Shown one piece after another: positions 51,640 through 61,515 of a stretch of DNA of 64,000 nucleotides. This DNA comes from Akkermansia muciniphila (GTDB lineage: Bacteria > Verrucomicrobiota > Verrucomicrobiia > Limisphaerales > UBA9464): assembly GCA_945898055.1 (NCBI GenBank), contig CAMDGV010000002.1:41666-105665 (forward strand), written 5' to 3'. Under the pieces are notes generated by a model. That model did not search any database, was not told the DNA's origin, and worked only from the letters and a program-made list of their open reading frames with translations. Within the stretch, counting starts at the first letter, position 1. The number at the start of each line of letters is the position of its first letter. The position numbers and the translations under genes are program-made.

Positions 51640-52857
51640 TTGCTCATGAAACAATTCAGCGTCCTCTTTTTCTGGTTCGCACTTTCGACCGCACTCACTG
51701 AGATCGCAGCCGAGTCCAATCTGCCGATCGTTTATATTAAGACACCGCAAGAAATCGGTTCTGCGCCCAAAGTTCCCTGTACCGTAAAATTGATCCCATC
51801 CAACGGTTCTGAACTCGGCAACACCAACCTGATCATCGGTCAAATCCGTTTTCACGGGGCGTCATCGCAAGGCTATGACAAGAAATCCTTGGCCTTAACC
51901 CTCGATACCTCCACCCCATGGCTCGACTTGCAACCTAGGCGGCAATGGGTGCTGAACGCCGCCTTCGTTGACTGCTCGATGATGCGCCACAAACTCTCCT
52001 ACGATCTGTTTCAATCCCTGTCCTCCGCTGGAGCCAAGCGTTTCGCCTCTTCGAGCCGATTTGTTGAGGTCGACCTGAACGGCCATTATCACGGTGCCTA
52101 TTTGCTCATGGAGCGAGTCGACCGCTCCATGCTCGGGCTCCGTCGTTTCGACAAAACCGCCACAAACCAAGCAGTCATTTACAAGGCGATCGATCATGGA
52201 GCCAACTTCCTAGAACTCGGTCATTCTGCCTATGAACAACGCGAACCTGCAGATGAGGAACTGCAATTTTGGGGACCGCTCGACGACTTAAACCACTTTG
52301 TGAGTCAATCTTCAGACGCGCTCTTTTTCGATGCAAATTTAGGCATCAATTCCCGGGTTGACCTCGACAACGCGATCGACTTCCACCTGCTGATCTTATT
52401 TACCAGCAACATGGACGGCATCGACAAAAATTTTCTTCTGGCCAGGGATGCCCTCACGGCGACGGCCCAAAAACCTAAATTCTTCTTTGTCCCTTGGGAT
52501 TACGACGCAACCTTCGGACGAAACTGGGAGGGCTCTCGGGTCGCCCCAACGGCATGGCTATCCAACCATTTGTTCGACCGACTTCTCGGTAATCTGACTT
52601 ATCAACAACGCTACGCATCCCGCTGGAAGGTTCTCCGCAAAAACCAATTCTCGGCGGAGAACCTCGCCCGCAGAATCGATGACAACGCCCAAACCCTCGG
52701 TGCAGCGGCCCAACGGAATGAACTTCGATGGAAAGGAATTACCGAACCGGGTTCAGGGCAACTGACCTTCACTGAGGATCTAAAACAGATGAAGCGATGG
52801 GTAACCGCGCGGCTTCAGTGGTTAGACACCGAAATCGCTCAGCGAACCCAGCGTTAA
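51640..52857 (+). CDS. CotH-family protein (second paralog in the window)
   Basis: YDKKSLALTLD...RRQWVLNAAFVDCSMMRHKLSYDLFQSL...RFVEVDLNGHYHGAYLLMERVD...FFVPWDYDATFG. Signal peptide present. Confidence 0.8.
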   Translation: MLMKQFSVLFFWFALSTALTEIAAESNLPIVYIKTPQEIGSAPKVPCTVKLIPSNGSELGNTNLIIGQIRFHGASSQGYDKKSLALTLDTSTPWLDLQPRRQWVLNAAFVDCSMMRHKLSYDLFQSLSSAGAKRFASSSRFVEVDLNGHYHGAYLLMERVDRSMLGLRRFDKTATNQAVIYKAIDHGANFLELGHSAYEQREPADEELQFWGPLDDLNHFVSQSSDALFFDANLGINSRVDLDNAIDFHLLILFTSNMDGIDKNFLLARDALTATAQKPKFFFVPWDYDATFGRNWEGSRVAPTAWLSNHLFDRLLGNLTYQQRYASRWKVLRKNQFSAENLARRIDDNAQTLGAAAQRNELRWKGITEPGSGQLTFTEDLKQMKRWVTARLQWLDTEIAQRTQR

Positions 52858-53052
52858 ACCAAAAAGGATCCTGTCTACCGCGCGGATCCCTTCCCTTTCG
52901 CTAATCTCAGAATCAGATTAAACCCTTCAATTTTGAGCGGTCGAATTACGATATTCCCTCCCAGTCTTCAAACCTTTCCAGATCTAAAACCAGCTGTTGT
53001 CTTGGTATCGAAGAAAGTTCAAAGCTCGATTGGAATCGGATCGTTCCTTCGT

Positions 53053-54309
53053 TTAACTTTTTCTTACACAATAAAGGGCCTCGTCGGTCCGAAGATAGAC
53101 AGACTTGCGAGCGATCGCTGGGGAGCTAAGAGTCGATTCTTTCAGTTCGTTTCTGGCCAAAATTTTGAATTCCGAAGTCGCATTAACAACCACGCACTGA
53201 GCTTGCCCGCTTAAAAAGTAGACCCGGCCTTCGGCGATTACCGGTGAGACCTTCACGTTGTCAGTGAAAAGTCGCTCCTGCCATTTTGCCTCGCCTGTTT
53301 TTAGGTCTAAACAGGAAGCCATTCCGTCGTCGCGAATTGTGAAAAGCAGCCCTTTATAAATGACTGGGGTCGGGCAATCGGCAGAGAATTTTGGATTGCT
53401 CCAAAGTGAGTGAGTTGCGGTGAGGTTACCTTGACCACCGGCCCGGATACATTGAGTGAATCCACGATTTTGAAAGCCCGAAGCAACCGTCACAATTGCA
53501 CCTTCACCTGCAGTGGGACCGGCAATCGTCCGACCGTAGGGATGCGGCACCTTGATTCCGTCCACTTTCCAAACCTCCGCACCGGTCACGGGATCATAGG
53601 CATTGAGAACTTCCGCTCCAGCGACCACTAACTGGACGGTCCCTTCGTGCCGCAAGAGACAGGGGGTCGAATAAGAATCCTGCGCCTCAGCGATGGCCGC
53701 GGAGGAACGTTCCCTGCGCCAAACTTCATGGCCCGTTGCGGCGTCAATCGCCATTATCCAAGAAGGCCCCTGATGCATCAGAGAGAGATAGAGGCGCCCC
53801 TCGAGAAGGACAGGAGAAATACCGTAACCATGATTCGTTTTAATCGGACTAGAACCTTTAACAAAATTATGGGACCAAATTATTTTTCCGTTGAAGTCGA
53901 TGCGTGCGTAGTCACCGGTCCCAAAAAGAGCCCACACCGATTTGCCATCAGACACCGCGGTGGGCGTGGCCATATTATGAAGGTTATGAGCTGGAAGTTT
54001 GCCTCGACCCACTTCGGTATCCCAGACCACGGCACCCGTTTCGGTATCTAGAGCAAGAACATGAAGTCCATTATCGCTGGTCTGCGAGGTAAGATAAATC
54101 CGGTTGCCTACCACGATCGGTGACGACGCTCCTTTGCCCACGAGCACCGTTCTCCAAGCGATATTCTGATCTTTGGACCATTGAAGAGGGACTCCTTTTT
54201 CGGCGCTTAATCCTCGACCATCGATCCCTCTCCACGCCGGCCAATCGGCGGCATTGAGGGTAATAGAAGTCAAAGTTAAGAAGGTCGTCAGATAGTTACT
54301 TAAAGTCAT
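53053..54309 (-). CDS. PQQ-like (BamB-like) beta-propeller repeat protein, secreted
   Basis: 418 aa. It starts with a signal peptide, then DWPAWRG. Repeated motifs follow of the type ..G..vW......sSP.v.g..vy (e.g. ETGAVVWDTEVG; ATGHEVWRRE; TGAEVWKVDG; KTGEAKWQERL). Confidence 0.75.
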   Translation of the reverse strand: MTLSNYLTTFLTLTSITLNAADWPAWRGIDGRGLSAEKGVPLQWSKDQNIAWRTVLVGKGASSPIVVGNRIYLTSQTSDNGLHVLALDTETGAVVWDTEVGRGKLPAHNLHNMATPTAVSDGKSVWALFGTGDYARIDFNGKIIWSHNFVKGSSPIKTNHGYGISPVLLEGRLYLSLMHQGPSWIMAIDAATGHEVWRRERSSAAIAEAQDSYSTPCLLRHEGTVQLVVAGAEVLNAYDPVTGAEVWKVDGIKVPHPYGRTIAGPTAGEGAIVTVASGFQNRGFTQCIRAGGQGNLTATHSLWSNPKFSADCPTPVIYKGLLFTIRDDGMASCLDLKTGEAKWQERLFTDNVKVSPVIAEGRVYFLSGQAQCVVVNATSEFKILARNELKESTLSSPAIARKSVYLRTDEALYCVRKS

Positions 54310-54531
54310 AGAGCACCTCGGTTGGATATTTTGAATACTGAGAGAGCGAAGGGGGGAGTCAATAGAAGTTCCGAGTTCGTAAAATTGAGTCTGGAAATCG
54401 AAGAGTTCTGATCAACTTCTCTTTGAGCATCGGAACAGGCTACCCAAGAGCGGCAAGGGTCCTGCTGGTGAATTTAAAAAGAGGGTAAATGAGAAGGCTT
54501 GCTGGAAAAGAAGAACAAAAAAGCCAAAGCT

Positions 54532-56514
54532 ATGCGGGTGACCTCATCCGATTTGTTTTCTTCGGTTTCTTCCGATGTCTACCGTTTACGGACCCGTGCG
54601 GCGGGCCCGAGCGGTTCCCTTCCCTTGACTGAAGCTATGCTTCGAGATTGGTCCAGCGGAGATCTCTTTGGACTGACTCAGAACGCAGGTATGGGTTGGA
54701 ATCCATCCGAATTAGGCCGAAAACAGTTTCTCATTCTCAGTACCCAAGGAGGGATACGCGCTGCAGATGGGCGTCCGATTGCTTTGGGGTATCACACTGG
54801 GCATTGGGAGATAGGACTGTTAAGTCAAGCCGCCGCAGAAACCATTAAGGAAGGCAAAGGGCTTCCGTTTGCCGCCTTTGTTTCCGACCCGTGTGATGGT
54901 CGAACCCAAGGAACCACCGGGATGTTCGATAGTTTGCCTTTTCGAAATGATGCGGCCTTGGTTTTTCGACGGCTGATCCGATCTTTACCCCAACGATCGG
55001 GAGTGCTGGGGATAGCGACCTGTGACAAGGGAGTTCCAGCGATGATGATGGCTTTGGCGGCCCAAGGCGATCTACCGACGCTATTAGTACCGGGTGGGGT
55101 CACATTACCACCGGAAAACGGGGAGGATGCCGGGACCGTCCAGACCTTAGGAGCGCGATTTGCCCATGGTTTAGTGACCTTAGACGAAGCGGCAGCCTTG
55201 GGGTGCCGCGCTTGCGGGACGCCGGGAGGTGGGTGTCAGTTTTTGGGTACAGCAGCCACGGCGCAGGTTGTCGCAGAAGCACTGGGCCTAGCCTTGCCAC
55301 ACTCGGCGTTGGCACCGAGTGGAGAGGCTGTTTGGCTCGAACTAGGACATGCATCCGCCCGCGCCTTAATGGATCGAGAGAAAAAGGGCATTGGGACACG
55401 CGCTGTTATGACCGATGCGGCCATTCGCAATGCGATGGTGGTGCATGCGGCCTTTGGAGGTTCAACCAATCTGTTGTTGCATATTCCCGCCGTGGCTCAT
55501 GCCGCCGGGTTACGTCGTCCCACGGTCGAAGACTGGATTGAGGTCAATCGACGAACCCCCCGTCTTGTTTCCGTCTTACCCAACGGTCCAGTGCATCATC
55601 CGACTGTCCGGGTGTTTCTAGCGGGCGGTGTTCCGGAGGTGATGCTGCATCTTCGAGATCTGGGATTACTGGATTTAAACGCACTCACCGCGACCGGGGA
55701 GCCTTTAGGGGAAATGTTAGAAACATGGACTGGGTCAGAACGGCGTGCACGGTTTCGTGATCTGCTCTTGGAGAAAGAGGGCGTGGATGCCGACTCTGTC
55801 GTCCTGAGTCCTGAACACGCACGCGAACGAGGTTTAACCAGTACAGTGACCTTTCCTCGAGGGAACTTGGCGCCTGAAGGTGCGGTTATAAAGAGTACCT
55901 CTATTGATCCATCGGTCGTGGATCTCGACGGAGTTTACCGAATAGAAGGACCCGCCCGTATTTTCACCCGAGAACGTGAGGCAATGGCGGCGATTAAGGC
56001 AGGACGAATCCGAGCTGGAGACGTGATGGTCCTGATCGGAGTTGGTCCAATGGGGACAGGAATGGAAGAGACCTATCAACTAACCTCCGCCTTGAAACAT
56101 CTCCCCTTTGGCAGGCACGTCGCCTTAATAACCGATGCACGCTTTAGCGGTGTATCGACTGGCGCGTGCATTGGCCATATCGGACCTGAGGCATTGGCGG
56201 GCGGTCCGATTGGGAAATTACGCGATGACGACCGGATCCGTATTCAGATAGATCGAATCGGATTAACGGGGTCACTCGATCTGGTCGGGGACGCCGAGAG
56301 ACTGTTGAGTCCCGACGAAGCATCAGCCCTTTTGAACTCCCGAACCCCCTTTCCTGGCCTTGCGGCGCATCCGCAACTACCTGAGGACACTCGACTCTGG
56401 GCCGCACTGGTGGCGGCAAGCGGGGGGACTTGGGGCGGTTGTGTCTATGACGTTGAAAGCATCGTGGCCAAATTAACTTCGGGAGCACCCAACTTAAAAG
56501 GATCGATCGACTAA
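54532..56514 (+). CDS. yjhG: YjhG/YagF-family sugar-acid (D-xylonate) dehydratase, IlvD/Edd superfamily
   Basis: Collinear with my recollection of E. coli YjhG: [139 protein letters not shown] chose the ATG at 54532; the track ORF starts at a TTG at 54499. Confidence 0.85.
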   Translation: MRVTSSDLFSSVSSDVYRLRTRAAGPSGSLPLTEAMLRDWSSGDLFGLTQNAGMGWNPSELGRKQFLILSTQGGIRAADGRPIALGYHTGHWEIGLLSQAAAETIKEGKGLPFAAFVSDPCDGRTQGTTGMFDSLPFRNDAALVFRRLIRSLPQRSGVLGIATCDKGVPAMMMALAAQGDLPTLLVPGGVTLPPENGEDAGTVQTLGARFAHGLVTLDEAAALGCRACGTPGGGCQFLGTAATAQVVAEALGLALPHSALAPSGEAVWLELGHASARALMDREKKGIGTRAVMTDAAIRNAMVVHAAFGGSTNLLLHIPAVAHAAGLRRPTVEDWIEVNRRTPRLVSVLPNGPVHHPTVRVFLAGGVPEVMLHLRDLGLLDLNALTATGEPLGEMLETWTGSERRARFRDLLLEKEGVDADSVVLSPEHARERGLTSTVTFPRGNLAPEGAVIKSTSIDPSVVDLDGVYRIEGPARIFTREREAMAAIKAGRIRAGDVMVLIGVGPMGTGMEETYQLTSALKHLPFGRHVALITDARFSGVSTGACIGHIGPEALAGGPIGKLRDDDRIRIQIDRIGLTGSLDLVGDAERLLSPDEASALLNSRTPFPGLAAHPQLPEDTRLWAALVAASGGTWGGCVYDVESIVAKLTSGAPNLKGSID

Positions 56515-56688
56515 CCCGAAGTTGAAGGGTTTTTGAGACAAATGAAGGCTAAAGACAGGCCATTCAGGTCAAGGGCGACACTTTTATTGGGTTGAAGATT
56601 CGTCCAGAGAAAGACGATTCATGGAGGATGCAGCACGGGTAGCTTTGCATTCCAATTCGCAATTTAGTACGGTTGAACGCTTCAGAAC

Positions 56689-59250
56689 ATGATTTTGCCC
56701 CAGCCCCGTCTTGCAGTTGAGCGTCCGAAGACCCCGCCCCAGATACCGCCCGGTGTGGTTGTTCATCGTCTCGACAATGGGTTGGAGTTAATTATCCGAG
56801 AGGATCGATCATCGCCGGTGGTCAGTGTGCAAGCTTGGTGCCGTGCCGGCAGTGTCGACGAAGGAAGATGGATCGGCGGGGGACTCTCCCATGTTTTGGA
56901 GCATATGTTGTTTAAGGGAACAACCACCCGTGGCGCCGGTCGAATTGATCAGGAAGTGCAAGCGGCGGGGGGGTATATGAACGCCTACACTTCCTTTGAC
57001 CGCACCGTGTATTGGATCAATGTCCCGGATACTGGGGCGAAGGTCGCCGTCGATATTCTTTGTGATATTTTTCAAAATGCCACCTTGCCTGCGGATGACT
57101 TGGTTAAAGAGCTCGATGTGATCCGTCGGGAGATGGATATGGGAGAAGACGATCCGGGACGGCGTTCAAGCAAAGGACTCTTTTCAACAGCCTACGTCCG
57201 CAGCCCCTACCGATATCCAGTGATTGGATTGCCGGGTATTTTCAATCGGATTACGCGCGAAGATGTGGTGGCCTACTACAAAGAGAAGTATGCCCCTAAC
57301 AACTGTTTTCTCGTCGTGGTTGGTAATATTCGACCTGCGGATGTCATCACCCAAGTCACCGCCGGTTTTGGAAGTGCACAGGCGGGTGCCGTTTCTGCTT
57401 CGGTTTTGCCGATGGAACCGCCGCAGACCGCACCACGCGAAACCCTCGCTGAGGCTCCCTTAGAGTTGTGTCACTTTCACATGGGTTGGCATATCCCAGA
57501 AATGCGCCATCATCACATTCCCGCTTTGGACGTGCTCTCCACCTTGTTGGGAAGCGGCCGCAGTTCCCGCCTTTATCGGTCCGTTCGCGAACGGTCGGCA
57601 CTGGTCCACTCGGTCAATGCTTGGATTTATACCCCGACGCTCGGTGGACTCTTTGGCGTCAGCGGCGTGTGCGACGGATCGAAATATTCAGCAGCTCGAG
57701 ACGAGATTTTAGCAGAGATCAACCGAATGGCCTTTGAGCCTTTGAACCCGGGTGAGCTTGCCAAAGCGGTTAAACAATTCACGGCAGGAATGCTCTCTTC
57801 CAGAAAGACAATGGAAGGTCAGGCCCAAGATCTCGGAGGGAACTGGATGGCCGCCTATGACCTGAATTTTTCCGAACGGTATTTGGAAGCGGTCAAGCGA
57901 GTGAGTGCTGAGGATTTACAGCGGGTGGTGCGTACCTATTTAACCGATTCGAACCGGACCCTTTTTTCGCTTCTACCCAAAGGTTTCCTGCCGACGATGG
58001 AGACGGCGGCGGAGTCTGCAGTGGATCATCCGATCCAACAGTTTGTCTTGTCTAATGGCTTGCGCCTTCTGGTGAAGGAGGACCACCGCCTTCCCTTCGT
58101 TCAATTTCGTTTAGCCCTGTCCGGAGGCTTACTGGCGGAGACCCCGACCGATAGCGGTATGACCTCGATGTTGTCACGGTTGTTGATCAAGGGAACCACC
58201 ACCCGCTCCGCCGAGGAAATAGCCGACACCATTGAAGGCCTCGGCGGTAGTCTCGAAGCGTACGGAGGTAATCACAGTTTTGGATTAAGTGCCGAGGTTC
58301 TTACGGAAGATTTCGCGATAGGATTGGAGTTGTTTACCGACGTCCTGCTCAATCCAACCTTTCCAAAACTGGCTTTTGAGCGGGAACGTGAGGCGCAACT
58401 AGCCTCCATTCGTGGTGAACGAGATCAGTTGCTTCATTGCGCTTTTAAATCAATGCGGAGGGGGCTCTTTGGCGAATCAGGCTATGGGTTGGACGGTTCC
58501 GGCACAGAGGAGAGTATTCGGCGTTTGTCGTCTGAAGATCTGAAATCGTTCCATCAACGGATGGCGGTCCCCAATAACGGCGTGTTAGCCATTTACGGAG
58601 ATATTAATACGGCAACGGTCCGCGACGTCGTCGAGGCGGCTTTGGCGGGATGGCAACCCACTCCCATTCCAGCGTTACCGAAGTGTTCCCCGCGAGGAAC
58701 TATTGCCCGATCTGAAGAACGACGTGACAAAGAGCAAGCGGTGATTGCGCTCGGTTTTCCGGGGACCACTTTTGATGCGCCCGACCGCTTTGCACTCGAG
58801 CTTTTGCAGGAGGCTTGCAGTGATATGGGTTCGCGCCTGTTTATGCGGATTCGTGATGAGTTAGGGCTCGCCTACTATGTCGGTGCCTCAAATTTCCCCG
58901 GTAGAGTCGCCGGTTACTTTGCCTTTTATTGCGGAACAGCGCCCGCTCATGTGGACCTAGTCGAAGTTGAACTTCGCAGTCAGGCGGAAAAACTACGAAC
59001 CGAAGGACTCACCGCCGTCGAACTCGAGCGGGCCAAGGCGAAGGTGATTGGGCAGCGCAAAATCGCCCGTCAAGACCTAGGCCAATTCGCTTTAGCCACG
59101 GCTCTCGATGAACTTTACGGATTGGGTTTCCTCAACTTCGAAACGGAAAATGCCCGGATCGAAGCGGTCACTCTCGAGGAAGTCCTCGCCGCGGCTGCTC
59201 GTCATTTGATCGCTGAAAATGCAGTCGTCTCCATCATTCGCGGAAACTAA
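56689..59250 (+). CDS. M16-family zinc peptidase (tandem pitrilysin-like halves)
   Basis: 853 aa. The inverted zinc motif HVLEHMLFKG is in the first half. A second, inactive M16 repeat follows (SRLLIKGTTTRS). Confidence 0.88.
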   Translation: MILPQPRLAVERPKTPPQIPPGVVVHRLDNGLELIIREDRSSPVVSVQAWCRAGSVDEGRWIGGGLSHVLEHMLFKGTTTRGAGRIDQEVQAAGGYMNAYTSFDRTVYWINVPDTGAKVAVDILCDIFQNATLPADDLVKELDVIRREMDMGEDDPGRRSSKGLFSTAYVRSPYRYPVIGLPGIFNRITREDVVAYYKEKYAPNNCFLVVVGNIRPADVITQVTAGFGSAQAGAVSASVLPMEPPQTAPRETLAEAPLELCHFHMGWHIPEMRHHHIPALDVLSTLLGSGRSSRLYRSVRERSALVHSVNAWIYTPTLGGLFGVSGVCDGSKYSAARDEILAEINRMAFEPLNPGELAKAVKQFTAGMLSSRKTMEGQAQDLGGNWMAAYDLNFSERYLEAVKRVSAEDLQRVVRTYLTDSNRTLFSLLPKGFLPTMETAAESAVDHPIQQFVLSNGLRLLVKEDHRLPFVQFRLALSGGLLAETPTDSGMTSMLSRLLIKGTTTRSAEEIADTIEGLGGSLEAYGGNHSFGLSAEVLTEDFAIGLELFTDVLLNPTFPKLAFEREREAQLASIRGERDQLLHCAFKSMRRGLFGESGYGLDGSGTEESIRRLSSEDLKSFHQRMAVPNNGVLAIYGDINTATVRDVVEAALAGWQPTPIPALPKCSPRGTIARSEERRDKEQAVIALGFPGTTFDAPDRFALELLQEACSDMGSRLFMRIRDELGLAYYVGASNFPGRVAGYFAFYCGTAPAHVDLVEVELRSQAEKLRTEGLTAVELERAKAKVIGQRKIARQDLGQFALATALDELYGLGFLNFETENARIEAVTLEEVLAAAARHLIAENAVVSIIRGN

Positions 59251-59300
59251 ACGGTGCGCACGAGAGATCGGTCACAGAAAAGGTCTGTACCCTACCCAAT

Positions 59301-59972
59301 TTAATGGGCCGGTGTCGTTCCGAGCACAATATCAAATCGAGCTTCTAGTTCCCCCGCCTTAGCCTGTTTTAAGGGATTAAAGGAGACCATCAAAGATTCG
59401 CGCGCAGCGATGTCCTTCAGTCCTTTGATGACTTGATCTTTGGCATTTTCGGCATGCCCACGGATATAGCATTGGGTAGTGAACCGTTCACGACCGGCGG
59501 TTTTCACGGCAAAATGGATATGCGGGGTGCGACCGGGATAAGAGACCGGGCGAATTGTGCGAAAGAGGTATTCACCGGTCGAAGCGGTGAGGAAGCGGCC
59601 AAAGCCTTGGAAACCGGGATCGCGACGTCCGGCATTGTCACTGCCCTTGTGCAAATAAACTCCATTGGCATCGGCCTGCCAGATTTCAACGGTCGCATTC
59701 CGGATAGGATTTCCGCGGACATCGAGAATACGACCACTCAAATAGGTGACCACCCCGAGAGCGGGCGTGCTCGCTTCGTTCAGGACGAGTAAGTCATTGT
59801 CGGTATCGAGCGGAAGCCGATCGGGATAGAAAGGACCTTCCGTTTGTAGAGGAGTTCGGGTCAGAGCCTTGGCAAAGGCTCCCGGCAAGGTAAACAAAGC
59901 CGGAGCGAGCCCGAGTGTTCGTATAAAATAACGGCGTGAAGGATACACTAGAGGAGTCACCGCACGACTCAA
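59301..59972 (-). CDS. Intradiol ring-cleavage dioxygenase family protein (protocatechuate 3,4-dioxygenase-like), Tat-exported
   Basis: SRRYFIRTLGLAPA Tat-like N-terminus, GRILDVRGNPIRNATVEIWQADANGVY and YPGRTPHIHF. Confidence 0.8.
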   Translation of the reverse strand: MSRAVTPLVYPSRRYFIRTLGLAPALFTLPGAFAKALTRTPLQTEGPFYPDRLPLDTDNDLLVLNEASTPALGVVTYLSGRILDVRGNPIRNATVEIWQADANGVYLHKGSDNAGRRDPGFQGFGRFLTASTGEYLFRTIRPVSYPGRTPHIHFAVKTAGRERFTTQCYIRGHAENAKDQVIKGLKDIAARESLMVSFNPLKQAKAGELEARFDIVLGTTPAH

Positions 59973-60042
59973 TCTGGGGTGTCAATAAAGTGCGAGGGTT
60001 TTCTTCCGATAACGACTAATTCTGGGGTGTCGCCCCCGAGAA

Positions 60043-61509
60043 TTAACCCAGAATTCCTTCCACAACCTTCCCGTGAACATCGGTCAATCGGAAGTCGCGT
60101 CCCTGAAAACGATAGGTCAATTGTTGATGATCAATGCCCATTAGATGAAGGAGTGTGGCCTGTAAATCGTGGACGTGCACCGGATCCTTCACCGCGTTCA
60201 TACCCAAATCATCGGTCTCGCCGTAACTCAAACCCGCTTTGACTCCGCCTCCAGCCATCCAACTGGTAAAGGCATACGGATGATGATCTCGCCCCCATCG
60301 TTTCCGATCGTCCAAACTTCCCTGAATAAAGGGGGTCCGCCCAAACTCGCCGCCCCAGATCACCAAGGTGTCCTCCAGTAGTCCTCGCTGTTTCAAATCC
60401 GCTACCAAACCCGCCGAGGGTTGATCGGTGTCCCGACATTGGGTGTAAAGTTCGGTGGTCAAACTGTTGTGCTGATCCCATCCCGCATGCATCACCTGCA
60501 CACATCGAACCCCTCGCTCGATTAAACGCCGGGCCATAAGGCAATTGTAGGCAAAGGTCCCCTGCTCCTTGACCGAAGGTCCATAAAGATCCAGCACGGA
60601 TTTGGGTTCGCTTGAAATATCAGCTAACTCAGGGACACTCGTCTGCATCCGAAACGCCATCTCATATTGGGCAATCCGTGCCGCTGTCTCCGGATCTCCT
60701 TGCTCTCGAAACTTCAAAGCATTTAATTCAGCGAGGTCATCGAGTTGAGCGCGGCGGGTGGCTGGATCAATCCCTGCTGGATTACTCAAATACAAAACAG
60801 GCTCGCCACTACCACGGAATTTTACTCCCTGATATCGAGAGGGTAGAAAACCCGAACCCCAATAGAAGTCATAGAAAATCTGACCGCAACTCGTTCCTTT
60901 GCTGACCGATGTCATTACCACAAAGGCTGGTAAATTCTCAGTGTCACCGCCCAATCCATAGGTCAGCCAAGCTCCCAAAGTCGGGCGCCCAGGAATTTCT
61001 GCTCCGCTGAGCATTAATGAAATCCCTGGAGCATGATTCACCGAATCGGTGTGAAGACTTTTCACAAAACACAGGTCATCCGCTTGCCGCGCAATGTAGG
61101 GCAAAAATTGACTAACCCACGCCCCACTTTGTCCTCGTTGATGGAAGGGCTCAACTGGAGCCAACAGCAGCTTTCCATCGGTCTTGCCAGTCATGGTACT
61201 AAAACGACGTCCTCCAACATACTCAGCGGGGAGAGGCTTCCCATGCAAAGCCTGAAGCTTGGGCTTATAATCAAATAGATCCACATGGGTCGGAGCTCCA
61301 TTCTGAAAAAGGTAAATCACCCGTTTCGCTTTAGGAATCTGGTGCGGACGTCCCCGAAGACTCCCCTGCCCTGTTTCGGCTGCGGGGGCCCCTATCAATG
61401 GAGGATGGCCCACTAATCCAGCCAATGCAGCCATGCCGAGTCCCGTCCCTGTACGACCTAGAAAAGTGCGGCGGGTTAATCGAAGTCGATGTTCAATTCG
61501 GGGATCCAT
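60043..61509 (-). CDS. DUF1501 domain protein (sulfatase-like, Tat signal)
   Basis: 488 aa. RRTFLGRTGTG, GAPTHVDLFDYKP and WGGEFGRTP...GRDHH. A paralog of 11468-12922, immediately downstream of a DUF1553 gene. Confidence 0.85.
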   Translation of the reverse strand: MDPRIEHRLRLTRRTFLGRTGTGLGMAALAGLVGHPPLIGAPAAETGQGSLRGRPHQIPKAKRVIYLFQNGAPTHVDLFDYKPKLQALHGKPLPAEYVGGRRFSTMTGKTDGKLLLAPVEPFHQRGQSGAWVSQFLPYIARQADDLCFVKSLHTDSVNHAPGISLMLSGAEIPGRPTLGAWLTYGLGGDTENLPAFVVMTSVSKGTSCGQIFYDFYWGSGFLPSRYQGVKFRGSGEPVLYLSNPAGIDPATRRAQLDDLAELNALKFREQGDPETAARIAQYEMAFRMQTSVPELADISSEPKSVLDLYGPSVKEQGTFAYNCLMARRLIERGVRCVQVMHAGWDQHNSLTTELYTQCRDTDQPSAGLVADLKQRGLLEDTLVIWGGEFGRTPFIQGSLDDRKRWGRDHHPYAFTSWMAGGGVKAGLSYGETDDLGMNAVKDPVHVHDLQATLLHLMGIDHQQLTYRFQGRDFRLTDVHGKVVEGILG

Positions 61510-61515
61510 ACTCGA